Under the pieces are notes generated by a model that was not told the origin of the DNA, did no database searches, and was given only the letters and a program-made list of their open reading frames with translations. A program made the translations under genes and the position numbers. A DNA stretch of 64,000 nt from Eledone cirrhosa. Its lineage: Eukaryota. Shown here piece after piece: positions 52,190 to 64,000 of this stretch (position 1 is its first letter; each line of letters begins with the position of its first letter). The DNA is taken from NCBI GenBank assembly GCA_964016885.1, contig OZ024748.1:3596001-3660000 (forward strand). The letters are read 5' to 3'.

Positions 52190-52440
52190 ATATCGATAGA
52201 GAAGTCCCTAAAGAAATATGAAACTGTCGATAGAGAAGTCCCTAAAAAGATATGAAAATATCGATAGAGAAGTCCCTAAAAAGATATGATAATATCAGTA
52301 AAGAAGTCCCTAAAAAGATATGATAATATCAGTAAAGAAGTCCTTAAAAAGATATGAAATTGTCAATAGAGAGGTCCCTAAAAAGATATGTATATGTCGA
52401 TAGAGAAGTCCCTAAAAAGATATTAAAATGTCGATAGAGA
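52190..52440. repeat. 34-bp tandem repeat, ~7.5 copies, in the last intron of the zinc-finger gene
   Basis: TCGATAGAGAAGTCCCTAAAAAGATATGAAA.. recurs. Confidence 0.9.
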
Positions 52441-53019
52441 ACATTTTAGAAAACAATATATATATATAAAACATTTTAGAAAACTAAACTAAACTATAAA
52501 GTCACAATCAATGATAGATTATTAAAATGGAAGTCCTGTCCATGTAAATATGTTGCTGTAAAGAATATGGTCTAATGGTTAGAGTATTGAACTGACAATC
52601 AAACAAAATGTATGCCAATACAACACTGATACTTTGGAGTCAGTTGCTTCTAACAGGACCTGCTAGAAGGTATACTCTGCCCCTGCAAACCTTCCAGGAA
52701 TAAGAGGGCAAAGAAGAACTAATTTTGTTATTATTAAGTTGGTGTTTAGAACATAAAGGTTCTTACATAAAATTATGATGGAGTGTTTAGATAAATATAA
52801 ACACACTAAAATAAATTGTAAAATCAGGTGGTTTGGTATCAAAAGGGTTAACCTTTTAGCTACACTACCCCTACCCCCACCCCCATCTACACCACCCTTT
52901 TCTCTGTAAAGTTATGCTGGTACAATATCCAGTCCTAGATAAATGAGGTCATGTAGGTGTCACAACAAAAAAAAACACACAGTCCACGCTGTAATGTGGC
53001 CGTGTAGGTAACACGGTAA

Positions 53020-53362
53020 AAACCTCCCAGTCCACACTGTAAACGTGGTTGGTGTTAAGAAGGGCATCCAGCCGTAGAAAACTCGCCAGACAGTCCCATA
53101 CGAGCAAGACAACCAATCTTGCCTCACGTGGGACAATTCCCATCTAAACCCATGCTAGCGTGGAAGATAGACGGTAAACGATTATGATGATGATATTGTA
53201 TTTTTATGGTAAAGGCTTTACCTCACATAATATTTAATCTATGAGATCTTAATATTTATTTTGAGAACAACACTTTAACATAAGTATTTGTGGCCGGTTA
53301 CAGCTGGTTTCAACAGAAAGAATTCTGGCTGGATATGGCTGGTTTAAATGCTAAAAGATTAA
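53020..53362. mobile_element. (GAT)n-tail SINE (plus, 53020-53194) abutting a P1 MITE fragment (minus, 53195-53362)
   Basis: Homology to 37050-37217 and 27159-27374. Confidence 0.7.
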
Positions 53363-53419
53363 AGCAAGAAAGAACATGAAAACGAAGATAAGAGAAATTA
53401 AAATCAGAAGAACACTTAC

Positions 53420-56400
53420 ATCGAATTGGTTGCCTATCAGATGCTGACGTTCATGTTTAATAACTGTTGGTGTGTCTGGGAAAGATCGGTCACAGTACCG
53501 ACAAACTGTACTTAGTGGATCTTCCAGTTGAGTATCATCTTTGTCCTTGGCTTCATCACTTTCATTCTTAATAGTTGTAGGGTTCACCTGTTGATAGAGC
53601 TGTGCAACACGGAGAGCTTCTGATAAGTCCTGTTCTTTTGACTGGTCAACACGATCCTTCTGACCATTTTCATTTAACCAATTGGAGAGTTCGGGCAGAG
53701 GAGAAAAGTGAACGCGAACATGTTGGGCAAGAAGATGATTTTTCGAAACACTATAATCGCAATAGGGACAAGCAAGTTCACTTCGAACTACGTGGAACCT
53801 TAAATGTGTTACCATATGGTCGCGACGGGTATTTGAATAGGGACAGCGGTCGCAGTGATAGACCTTTTTAGCAATGTCTAAGTCTTCCTTTTCAGGTTCA
53901 ACATGTTCATATAAATCTAAGTGGTCATGTGTCACACTCAAAGGCACAGGATCATTAGAGTCAAGAGGAGGCAATACACTTGCAAGAGCCACATCAGCTG
54001 GGATTTCAGGCAAACGCTGAAGGTTTGATATCGACTGAGTTGCAACAAGATTTGGATTAGGGCTGAAATGAAGTTTACGATGCTGTACAAGTAAGTTATT
54101 TGAGGGAACACTGTAGTCACAATATTCACAAGTGTAACGTTGTTTACTACCATGTAACTCAATGTGCCGCTCAAAATGCGTACGTTTCGCACTAGCATAT
54201 GGACACTTCTCACAGCAAAATTTCTTTAGCTGGGCAATCTCCAACAGAGCATCGACTTTACTTTCTATAGAAATATCCATGTCATTTTTATCATTGAGGT
54301 CACTGGCTTCTACAGAAATGCCTTCTAACTGTTCCAGTTCTGATATTGTATTGTCGTTCAAATCAGGAACATACTTATGTTGGTGAACCTTCAAATGGTG
54401 CGATAACAAACCTTTGGAACCAACATAATAATCACAATGTGGGCATTTCAGAAGAGGATGACCTGATGACCGAAGACCATGCATTAACTCATGTAGGCGC
54501 AAATTTCTGTTACGAATGTTCGTGTAGGGGCATTTTGAACATTTTAACAGCTTTTTGTACACCCCATTCTTTAATATATATCCAGGCTTGTTACCACAAG
54601 TTGCATAACGGGCTGCAATTTTTATGGCTGAATCAGAGTCTTCAGGCTGAGACAAATTCGGTAAAATCTTAGATACGATGAGCTTTTGTTTTACCGATGC
54701 TATTTCAACAGCATCATACAAGAGTTGGACATCTGTGGCCTCGGTCTTCACTGGTGATAATTGAGTTGAATCAGACATATCTGTTATATGTAAACGAAGA
54801 TGTTGTTTGAGTAGGCGTCGATGGCTGACCCAGTAATCGCAATAGTCACACTTGAAAGCTGTAGAATTGGAAAGTTTCACACGATGAAATTGTTTGTGGT
54901 AGAGGAAATCATTTTTACTGTTTGTAGCATAGGGACACTTTTCACAAGTGAATTTCATTCTTTTAGAACCAGGTATTCTTGGAGTAACATTGATACTTAA
55001 TGGTGGAAAATCATCTGTTTTAGGAGAACTATTAGTTTGTTTAGAATCAGCTTTGCTTTTTGCATGTTCATTTGAATGCAAACGAATGTGTTGGTTGAGT
55101 AGTCGTCGTGCACAAACATAATATGGACAGAACTTACACTTGAAACGGTTCTGTCCTCTTGGTTTATGATAACTCATGTGGAATTTGAGCAGTGTTGGTT
55201 TCTTTGTTGAATAGGGACAAACATTACACTGGAATTTATTCAGAGGTCTGTCTATTATACGTTCAGATATTGACTCCTGAATCTCTTCAGCGCAAAGACC
55301 CTCTTCTAAGTCTCCTTCGGCGTCATTAGATGACTTCAGTTTGATATAACAGTTGTTATAGTCAGTCGTACCATGTCGCTCGCGGAGATGTCTGTAGAGA
55401 CAAGCTTTCCAAGTTGACTGGAACTTACAAATCTTGCATGTATACAAGTCCATTAGCTCCCCTATACCAGTGTCATTCTCTTCACCAGATCCAGCACCAA
55501 TTTCACTATCAGCTGAATAAGAAATACTTAATTTACAGAGACTGTAATCATTGCAACCATGCTTCTGCCTTAAATGGCGGTAGAGAGCACTACGGTAATT
55601 GGAAGAATGACCACACAGTTTGCATTTGTATGGCTTCACTTTATGTGTTGTTAAGTGCCGTAACACAAGCATCTTGTCCTTGTGACGATATGCACATTTG
55701 TTACATTTCCACATTTTACCGTGTCCAAGTAATGCAGATGAAGAAAGATCTGTTATGGATGCTGATTGAGGACTTTGATCAGAAGCTGAGATTGCTTCTG
55801 AGCTGACTATAGAACTGTTAAGCGACGGAGGTTCGGTGTCGTGAGTCACGTTGAGGTGAGTTAATTTCTCAGCTGTCTTCTTTTCATAGCAACCTTCACT
55901 CTTCTTAAATTTGAAATAAAATGGTGGTGGATAGTCACTGACCTTATGATCAATACACATTACCTTGCTACGGTTGTTGTTGTGTCGTCTCTTAATATGT
56001 CGGTAAACATCGCTGCGCCAATTTGACTTATAGCCACAGCCGGAACATTCAAATTGGCGCCACAATTTCTGGGCATTTCTTTGTGCTGCAGATGAAACCA
56101 AAGTTAGGGAATTAGAAGAGAACTCATCAGAGATTGCGGGGCCATCTTTTTGTTTAGTAACAAGGGGGTGATTAGGATAGCACTCGGCTAATAAAGACAG
56201 TCGAGCTTCTTCTTCTTCCATCACAATAACATAGCCACCCTCTGGATGACGTTCTCTAATATGCTTCTTAAGATCCCATTTCCAGTTTGACCTACGTCCG
56301 CAAGCAGAACACTTGAAAGGTTTTATATAACCAACTCTTTTCGGGTTACTATACAATGCTTCTAATGCAGTAGTGTGCTCCGGAGTGTCTTTCAATTTAT

Positions 56401-59400
56401 CAGAAGCAAGAATTAAAGTGGTATCGGTAGGACTTTGCTTTGAGGAATGTATATTCATGTCAGAGAGTTTCTCTGTACTCTGAGAAGTGGATATTTTCTC
56501 TCTCTTAATAGGAGATATATAAGGATTGGTCAATTTAATCTCATTTGTTCTGGTCAAGATCTCTTCATTGGACAAACTCCCAACATAGAGGATTCGGATT
56601 TCTTCTCCCGGGTGCATATATCGATAGTGTTTACGAACATCCCCTCGGAAAGTTGTCCGCTTGCCGCAAAGGGGGCACATGTATGGTTTATCTGAAGATG
56701 ACTTAGTGTCTTTTTTAGACCCCTTTAGTTTACTGATGACTGGCACGCTGAGAACCGGCATGTTGCTGCTCGAAACAACAGTCGGTTTCGCTACAAAGTT
56801 AGCCGGATTAGTAGATTTTGTCGATGATATTGATAACACTGATGAAGATTTAGGTGGGGTAGTGCCTGGCTCAATTTTTACGATGCTTTCGTCGACATCC
56901 ATTTGACTGCTTAAATGGCCGCTGTCAGAGTTGGCCATGACACTCTCCACACCTTGATTATCACCTAAAGCTCCAGACTGGTCAGAGTGATCACTTCTCA
57001 GATGCTTAAGCACAGTCCACCGAAACGCTGATTGAAAGTTACACTGGGAACATTTAAAAAGCTTTTTCGGCTTTAACATAGCTACATTTAGCTGGTGTTC
57101 CCTGCGATTAGTTGGCATTGTTTCCATATACTTTAGAACTGTTGCTTCAGCTTCTTGTTCAGACATTACAATAACATCATCATTTTGTCCAGGATGTTCT
57201 TTGCGGATGTGTTTGCGAATGTCCCATTTCCAATTGGATCTTTTGCCACAGATGGGACATTTGAATTTCTTGAGATTCCAATGAGTCGCAAGATGTGCCT
57301 TCAGCTTTGAAGGGGCAGGAGCAGAAAAATCACAGTAATTGCACAAAAATGGACCAAGAACATCTTTTTGATTGGTCTCCTCGGTAATTTCAGTAAAAGA
57401 TGTGGGCAGTACACCTTCGGTTGACCTCTCTAAAGAACCACCTTCGACCATAGATGAGTCGGACATTAAAGCCGGAGTTTCTTCGTTAAGTTTACTAGTC
57501 TCCATATCACTGCCACATTCAGATGGCAGGATTGATTTCTCATCTGTAGTTTCTTCCTGTTTCGTGCTAGACAAATCTTTGTTGTCGTCGGTTGAAGATA
57601 TCGGAGAAATAATTGAAATGATAGTAGTGTTTGATGGTGTTGTTGTTGTTGTTGTCGTCGTAGTGGTGGTCGTGGTGGAGGAAGAGGATGAAGAAGAAGT
57701 GGATACAGAAGAAGTGATAGCTGCAATAGTATCAGATACAGATACAGCAGATGTGTCACAAGATGTCGTAGCTAGCGATGATGATGACGATGATGATGCT
57801 GATGATGTCACGATTGGTTTTGTGGCTGAAATCATGTCACTATTGATTATCTTCTGATAGATCACCAAATTCTTAATGTCGTCTTCTTGTTGCACCTCGT
57901 TGGGATGATGACGATACAAATGGCGATTCATGTCTCCTTTCCAGTGGCTTTGGTATTTGCACAGTTTACACTTGTACGGCTTGTTGCCGTCGTGCAGTTT
58001 AGAATGGCGGTCAATTTCCGACTTATAACTGGAAGTAAATGAGCAAGATGGACACTTGAAAATGGTTGGAGAGGACTTCTTTTTCTGGACAGTGGTCACT
58101 TTTTCTATGAGAGCTTTATCAGGCTCAATGTCATGGTCCCGTCGAACGTGGACATTGAGATCACCAAAATACTTATATTTCCGCATGCATAAATGGCACT
58201 TGTATCTTTTATCGATTGAGTGTACAGCCATGTGGCGCCGTAGATCACAAGGCCATTTTGCTATGTATGAACAATAGGTACATTTTAATTTTGTTTTACT
58301 CACATTGAAAATGCTGCGCATAGTTTTGATAGAAAGATCTAACGGCGCTCCGTAATCCTCCTCATAACCATTGTCATTAGAGTCATCTTTCTTATCAACA
58401 GAATTCAATACTCGATACTGCTTCTCAAGATCAAGTTTTTTAAATTCTTGCAAACAAATGTTATGTTTTAATTTCATATGACGATTCATATCTGGAGACC
58501 TTTTATATTTCAGACCACATATTAGACATCGGTAACAAAAACTTTTAGTGTAACGATGATGAGAAGTACCTTCAGCTGCTCGCTGGTTTCCTTCATCATC
58601 ATCGTCCTCTTCATCATCATCATCAGCTATGACTCCATCATCTTCCTTTTCAATTTGATCTACAAATTTGGTTGTGACTGCAGATTCTACAACAGACTCT
58701 GTTGCTGAGAAGTTCTCAATACTTGGATTTCGTATATCTCGTGGCTTAGTATCTGCTGTTGCTGTACTGGTATTACTGACTATCAACGATACATTCTCTT
58801 CACTGTTTGAATGATGGTTAGTAAGATGCCGTTTCAACGCTCCTTCATTAGGGCTAGAGTATGTGCATAAGTTACAAGTAAAAGCTGAAGTCATTTCATG
58901 ATTCAACATATGTCGATCATAATTTGTTTTCAGTGTTGTTCCGTACAAACACTCTTTACACTGGTAGAAATTTTCGTTTGTATGTTTGCTTTTATGAATA
59001 TAAAAATCTATCTTTTTCTCTGTACTAAAATTACACAACTTACATTTAAACACTTTTGCTTTTATGTGGCAACTATAAACATGTTTGTAAGCTTGCATTC
59101 GAGTTTTGCTTGTATACAAGCAAAGTTTACATTTGAAAACTGAGCTTCCATTAAAATTAGTGTTTAATTTTTCAATATACATTGAACAAGAATCTAGGTT
59201 ATTATTTTTTCCCATTTGGGCTCGAGATCGTTTTAGTTTTGCTGCCCGATTCGACATAGAATATCGTGGTGGAGTTTGTTTTTTAGGTTTCGGAGAACTG
59301 GGCGCTACTGGAGAGGTTTTAGTTGGTGTATATTCTGGTTGCAGCTCTTCCATTGTTACTGTGGCCTTGTGAGCCTTTTCCTTATGTCGCAACAGCTTGT

Positions 59401-59920
59401 GCTTCCAGCGAGAAGCATATTCGCAGAAGTCACAAGGGAAAACATTAAAATTTGCACCATGCACATCGATTTGATGATACAAAAACATTTTCGACTTGGT
59501 AGTAGTGAAACTACATTCCTGACAATGGTAATTACGACAGACATTAGGTGGTGGTAAGATTCCACCTGACGATGAACTCCCAGATATTTCTGGGTATTCA
59601 TCATATGAGGACTGATTCATAGGGCTACTTTCAATGAGAGAGCCACCATCATCATCCATATCAATGGAAGCTTCATCAACATCTTGGATCTCTTGACTAG
59701 AACTATCATTCTTTACAACAACTGGTACCTCTTCTAACTCTGGTGTAGACGCCATTGTTTCTTCAGAAATTGTACTTGGGGGAGGAAGGGGGCCTGTTAA
59801 GTAATCTTTGTTTCTGTTCCGCCGCCGACAAAAATTTATATGTCTCTTGAACAAATATTTGTTTCTAGTAGAGAATTCACATAGGTTACAGAACCTTAAG
59901 GTTTGTAAATTTCGTCCCAT
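53420..59920 (-). CDS. Large multi-C2H2 zinc-finger protein (~32 fingers, PLDLS motif), main coding exon, 2167 codons; probable transcriptional repressor
   Basis: Uninterrupted ORF; in-frame TAA upstream of ATG 59920; acceptor TTGCAG| at 59988; donor GAT|GTAAGT at 53420. Fingers are of the C-x2-C-x-Y/F-x9-H-x3-4-H type without TGEKP linkers. Confidence 0.95.
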
Positions 59921-59980
59921 AATAAAGTGTTCAATCCTGGCATTGGATTAATCCATTATATACAAGAGGGAATGGAGCAT
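59896..59980 (-). promoter_or_regulatory. Two uORFs in the zinc-finger leader: 59948-59980 (MLHSLLYIMD*) and out-of-frame overlapping 59896-59943 (MPGLNTLLWDEIYKP*)
   Basis: Read directly between the acceptor (59988) and the main ATG (59920). Confidence 0.6.
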
Positions 59981-61944
59981 TGTAGATCCTGCAATAAAAA
60001 AAAAAATAATAATAATTTGAAAAAAAATATTATTTTAGCAAAAGGAGAAAAAAATCTTGCTAAATTTGTTTTTAGTAAGTCACAGTAAACAAGACCACAT
60101 ATCTAATCATATATTTTGTTCTTCAAATCAATATTTGTAATATTTTACATAGTTCTAACTCTTAACAGTTTGTAATGATTTAGCAGAAGATATATAAAAA
60201 ACGTGTTTGTTAATTAAATGATTGTAGTATCTTTAAAATTTATTATATAAAATTATGATGGGAGGTGTTTAGATAAAGATAAACACTTCATTAAAAAAAA
60301 AGTCTATCGTAGAACTAGAACCAGTTTCAGGCAGGTTGGAAACAAAAGGGTTGTTTTTCATCATAAACACATAACATAGACGAAAATAAACAGTTTTTGG
60401 TTCTATCCATTTCGGAAGGGGCAACTGAACAAAGTTTCATTTTCTTACCAAATGAAGGGATCGCACATTTTTTATTTATTTATTCATTATTTTCATATAA
60501 AACATTGATTTATTTTAGGTCCACTGCAAAAACAGAAGCAAAAATGTGCACACTGTAAGTTGTTATATGGTGATAAGGTGCACAAGTCATATCTCAAAGA
60601 GTGCCTGTACTAGTAACCTACTAATGCAGTTATCATCATCACCACTACCACCACCACTTCTACTCCAACATTCAGTAGTACCTCCTGTCAACCTAGTCAC
60701 ATGAACAACTGTCCTATGTAGACAATGAATGTCACTGCTTATAACAATAAGTCATACAAAAAAAAAAGACCAAACCAAACAATTCAATTATCTGTCATTG
60801 TATTCCTATCAACAGTTTTTGCACTAAAACACTAAAAATTCCTCTTTACTGATGTTAATCACTCTTCAATCAACGGTATACCAATATACCAAGTACTAAT
60901 CCAGATATTACAATACTAAACAAATTGTTGTTAAGTTATGTTCCAAACACCGGATAAATAATGTCGAAGTTAAATCCCCCTGAACTCTTAATTATTTTCA
61001 AAGTTTTGGGAAAATTATAGGTAGTGTCTTTCATTAGAAATATGGTAATGGAAGGATTACCTTCTTGACTGCCAGATTTACCTAACATGGTCTCCAGATG
61101 AAATATTCTGCACCACTTCCAATAATGAAATCTTATTTTCATTTCATTGATCTCTTTTTGTGAGAATCTACGACTATTAAAGGTCAACTTAGTAAAAAAA
61201 GACACCTATGTTTCATTAGTCACTTTATAAACTGACATCCTAGTGTAAAGTCCATTGGTCAGATAGTGCTTCTTTTAAATATATTTAAAAGAAGGCATAG
61301 ATAGCTGTCTCCCACTTTGTGTGCCTAATTCTAGACATATTCTTCAGGTTCAGAGATACAACACATTTGAAAACAACACAACAAATGGTCTGACTTGGAC
61401 TTTACTTTGGCCATGTCTAAATATTCAATACTGATGCTACATTGGTATCTCTGTGTGTGTTAGCATCAAAAGGTGTATATATATGTATGTATGTGTGTTA
61501 GTGTCCAAAGGTGTATATGTATGTGTGTGTCTGTTAGCATCAAAAGGTGTATATGTGTGTCTCTGTTAGTGTCAAAGTCTGTATATGTATGTGTATCTGT
61601 GTTAGTGTCAAAGAGTGTATCTGTGTCTGTGTTAGTGTCAAAGAGTGTATGTGTATGTGTGTCTGTGTTAGTGTCAAAGAGTGTGTGTGTGTCAATGTCA
61701 AAGTGTGTACATATGTGAGTGTTAGTGTCAGAGTGTGTGTGTATATATATATATATTAAAATGGGTGTTTAAAATACCATAGTACTTGAAAGATTCAAAG
61801 ATTTTAACTGAATGAGCACTTGATATTTGGAAGTAAAGTGTAAATTTTATTTTCTAAGTAGAAAAGTGGCAGTGTCTTGGAAGTTTCAGTTTGGTCACTT
61901 TATGTGACTATTTCATGTGGTTTGATCAGACTTCTGTATATAGT

Positions 61945-62151
61945 TTAATCCTTTACCATTTATTGTATTTTTGTGGTGAAGGCTTTATCTTACATAATTA
62001 TCTCACATAATATTGAATCTATGAAATTTTAATATTTATTTTGAGAATAATACCTTAACATAAGTATGATCAGCTGGTTATGGTCAGTTTGAACAGAAAA
62101 GGGCGAGAGAATTCTAGCTGGATACAGCCATTTTAAATGCTAAAGGGTTAA
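61945..62151 (-). mobile_element. piggyBac-type MITE P1, full length
   Basis: TTAATCCTTTACCATTTA ... TTTAAATGCTAAAGGGTTAA. Confidence 0.82.
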
Positions 62152-62679
62152 TGTAGGTCTGGATGGAGATAGGAGGGTTGGAAAATCTATTTATGATAGG
62201 GTACCAAATATATGCCAGTATGTTTGTGTACATGTATGGGTTGTTGACTTTTATTGGGTGTCTTAAGTGTTTGTGTCTTAAGTGTTCTTAGCTTATGGGG
62301 TTTAGGGGTTTAAAGTGGTGGGGATTCACACATAAAAAGGGAGCAATTGATATATAAATAAATGAATTAGCAGCAATATAAACAATGTCACAAACGTTCA
62401 CATAGCCATTAACCCAGTTGTTTCCACACCCTTTTTACAACTAACACCCCATTTATTGAAACAGATTTTCCCACAGACTCCCCAAAAGTCAGTTCCGGTC
62501 TTGTGTGCTTGGTGTTGATGTATATAAAAAAAAAAGAGGTTAAATAAAATGATATAAATAACTGGTGTAGTATTTGTCTAGCAAGTGACTTTATCTGAGA
62601 CCTTTGAAACTGAAGCAGTAGAACTGTATGTGACCAAGTCACAAAGAGTGCTATGAACATTTTGACACTAAGAAATAAA

Positions 62680-62889
62680 TTAACCTTTTAGCACTTAGAC
62701 CTGATGTATCCGGCAGGAATTCTCTCACCTCTTTCTGTTCAAACCGGCTGGTTACAGCCACTCATACCAATGTTAAGGTATTGGTCTCAAAATAAAAATA
62801 AAAATCTCATAGATTCGATATTATGTGAGGTAAAAGCCTTTACCATGAAAATATAATAATATAGAGTAATGTAAATGCTAAAGGTTTAA
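62680..62889 (+). mobile_element. piggyBac-type MITE P1, full length
   Basis: TTAACCTTTTAGCACTTAG ... AAATGCTAAAGGTTTAA. Confidence 0.82.
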
Positions 62890-62917
62890 TCAATGGTATA
62901 TATATATATATATGTTT

Positions 62918-63095
62918 ATGTTTATCCCGGGTTCAATCGGGGGTAACCACAGTAAGTAAGGTACTCAATACAAAGCAGAGTATAAATATTTTATATAGAA
63001 AGGCTTCTACAGGACTAGAAGTTTCATTCGGGAGAAATCATCTGATTTCTCCCAAATGAAACAGTTCTAGTCCTGTAGAAGCCTTTCTATATTCT
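62918..63095. mobile_element. Family A copy 4, with an inverted partial duplicate forming a ~45-bp hairpin
   Basis: ATAGAAAGGCTTCTACAGGACTAGAA..GTTTCATTCGGGAGAAATCA-TC-TGATTTCTCCCAAATGAAACAGTTCTAGTCCTGTAGAAGCCTTTCTAT. Confidence 0.6.
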
Positions 63096-63223
63096 ATATA
63101 ATATATATATATATATAAAAATAAAATGAAGTTAACAGTCTTACTGTGTTGTTGAATGGCTAAAATGACTTCCCCAATGTAACTGATATAAATAGCTATT
63201 AGAAGGAAAACTGTTTTTAAACA

Positions 63224-63232
63224 ACTTACCAT
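63224..63232 (-). other. Candidate 5' splice donor of an upstream 5'-UTR exon of the zinc-finger gene
   Basis: ATG|GTAAGT consensus on the minus strand (exon end 63230); the exon start was not located. Confidence 0.35.
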
Positions 63233-64000
63233 CAACAGACAAAGAGTTATATGAATTTATATCTTCTTTGCAACTATTCTTGGAGAAGCTGCTAATGTAA
63301 ATACCACCTTGGTACAAGTAGACTGATGTAATACGTTGTCTTTGACTACTTTTAGACTTAGTAACTGGTTACTTTTTTATTAAATGGAATGGGGTACATC
63401 TCTGGTGATTTCCATGAAGAGTCTTCAAGTTGTATGATCAACAAAACAGTCCACTTGTGAAATTAACATCTAAGTGGCTGAGCATTCCAGATACATGTAC
63501 CCTTAACATAATTCTCAGGGAGACTCAGTATGACACAAGCTATTTGAATTACAAGTACAGTCCATCCTGTATTATAGTTTAAGTGGCTGAGTATTCCACA
63601 GACACATATGCCCTTAATGTAATTTTCAGGGAGGTTCAGCATGACACAGTGTACAACAAGGCTGGTTATTTGCATTACAGGTACAGTCCATGTGACAGGC
63701 TTCCACACAGTTTCTGTCTACCCAGTTTCACTGACAAGGCTTCAGTCAACCAGAGACTATGGTAAATAACACTTGACTATATGTCCACAACACTTTTGTA
63801 ACTTCCAGCTTGCAAGACTCACACCTGCTGCAGCAGGTAACTAACTCTGTGCTGATGGTGGTGGGTAGGGAGGTGGCCCTAGGGCCAAAGATACCAGAAG
63901 TCTCCACTGCTAAAGGCTCCACTGCAAACCTGTCAGAGAGTGACTGATATTTGGAGAAACTAAATACTAAATTTATACAGCTTCTTGTTTTATTTTTTTT

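Noticed and set aside
53351-53419. Hydrophobic C-terminal tail (VSVLLILISLIFVFMFFLALIF) suggesting a membrane-anchored zinc-finger protein
   Set aside because: It begins exactly at a GTAAGT donor, is T-rich intron sequence ending in a MITE, and an in-phase terminal exon exists at 52103-52159. It would be real only if the intron is retained.
53602-59604. Short antisense and alternate-frame ORFs inside the zinc-finger exon
   Set aside because: Expected shadows of a long coding exon; no recognisable motifs.

Overview
This is eukaryotic, very microsatellite-rich genomic DNA. The SINE/MITE repertoire and (TA)n/(CA)n density resemble an octopus (coleoid cephalopod) genome; that assignment is inference. 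About 1-33 kb has no supportable gene and is a mosaic of unrelated satellites and minisatellites (49, 30, ~22, ~32 and ~30 bp units), microsatellites, MITEs, SINEs and short fold-back elements. Two minus-strand genes occupy the rest. (i) A complete 7-exon mitochondrial poly(A) polymerase gene (MTPAP, CDS 42454->33956, 483 aa); every splice phase was checked by hand. (ii) A ~2185-aa protein with ~32 dispersed C2H2 fingers and a PLDLS CtBP-binding motif, encoded almost entirely by one 6.5-kb exon plus a 57-nt terminal exon, with two uORFs in front of the start codon. The most intriguing unexplained signals are several families of short, microsatellite-embedded, often self-inverted elements carrying degenerate hammerhead-ribozyme-like cores (possible Penelope-like or retrozyme remnants), a structured repeat with covarying hairpins, satellites born from transposon ends, and a repeated extended zinc-finger module. 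All long ORFs in the repeat arrays are treated as artefacts.
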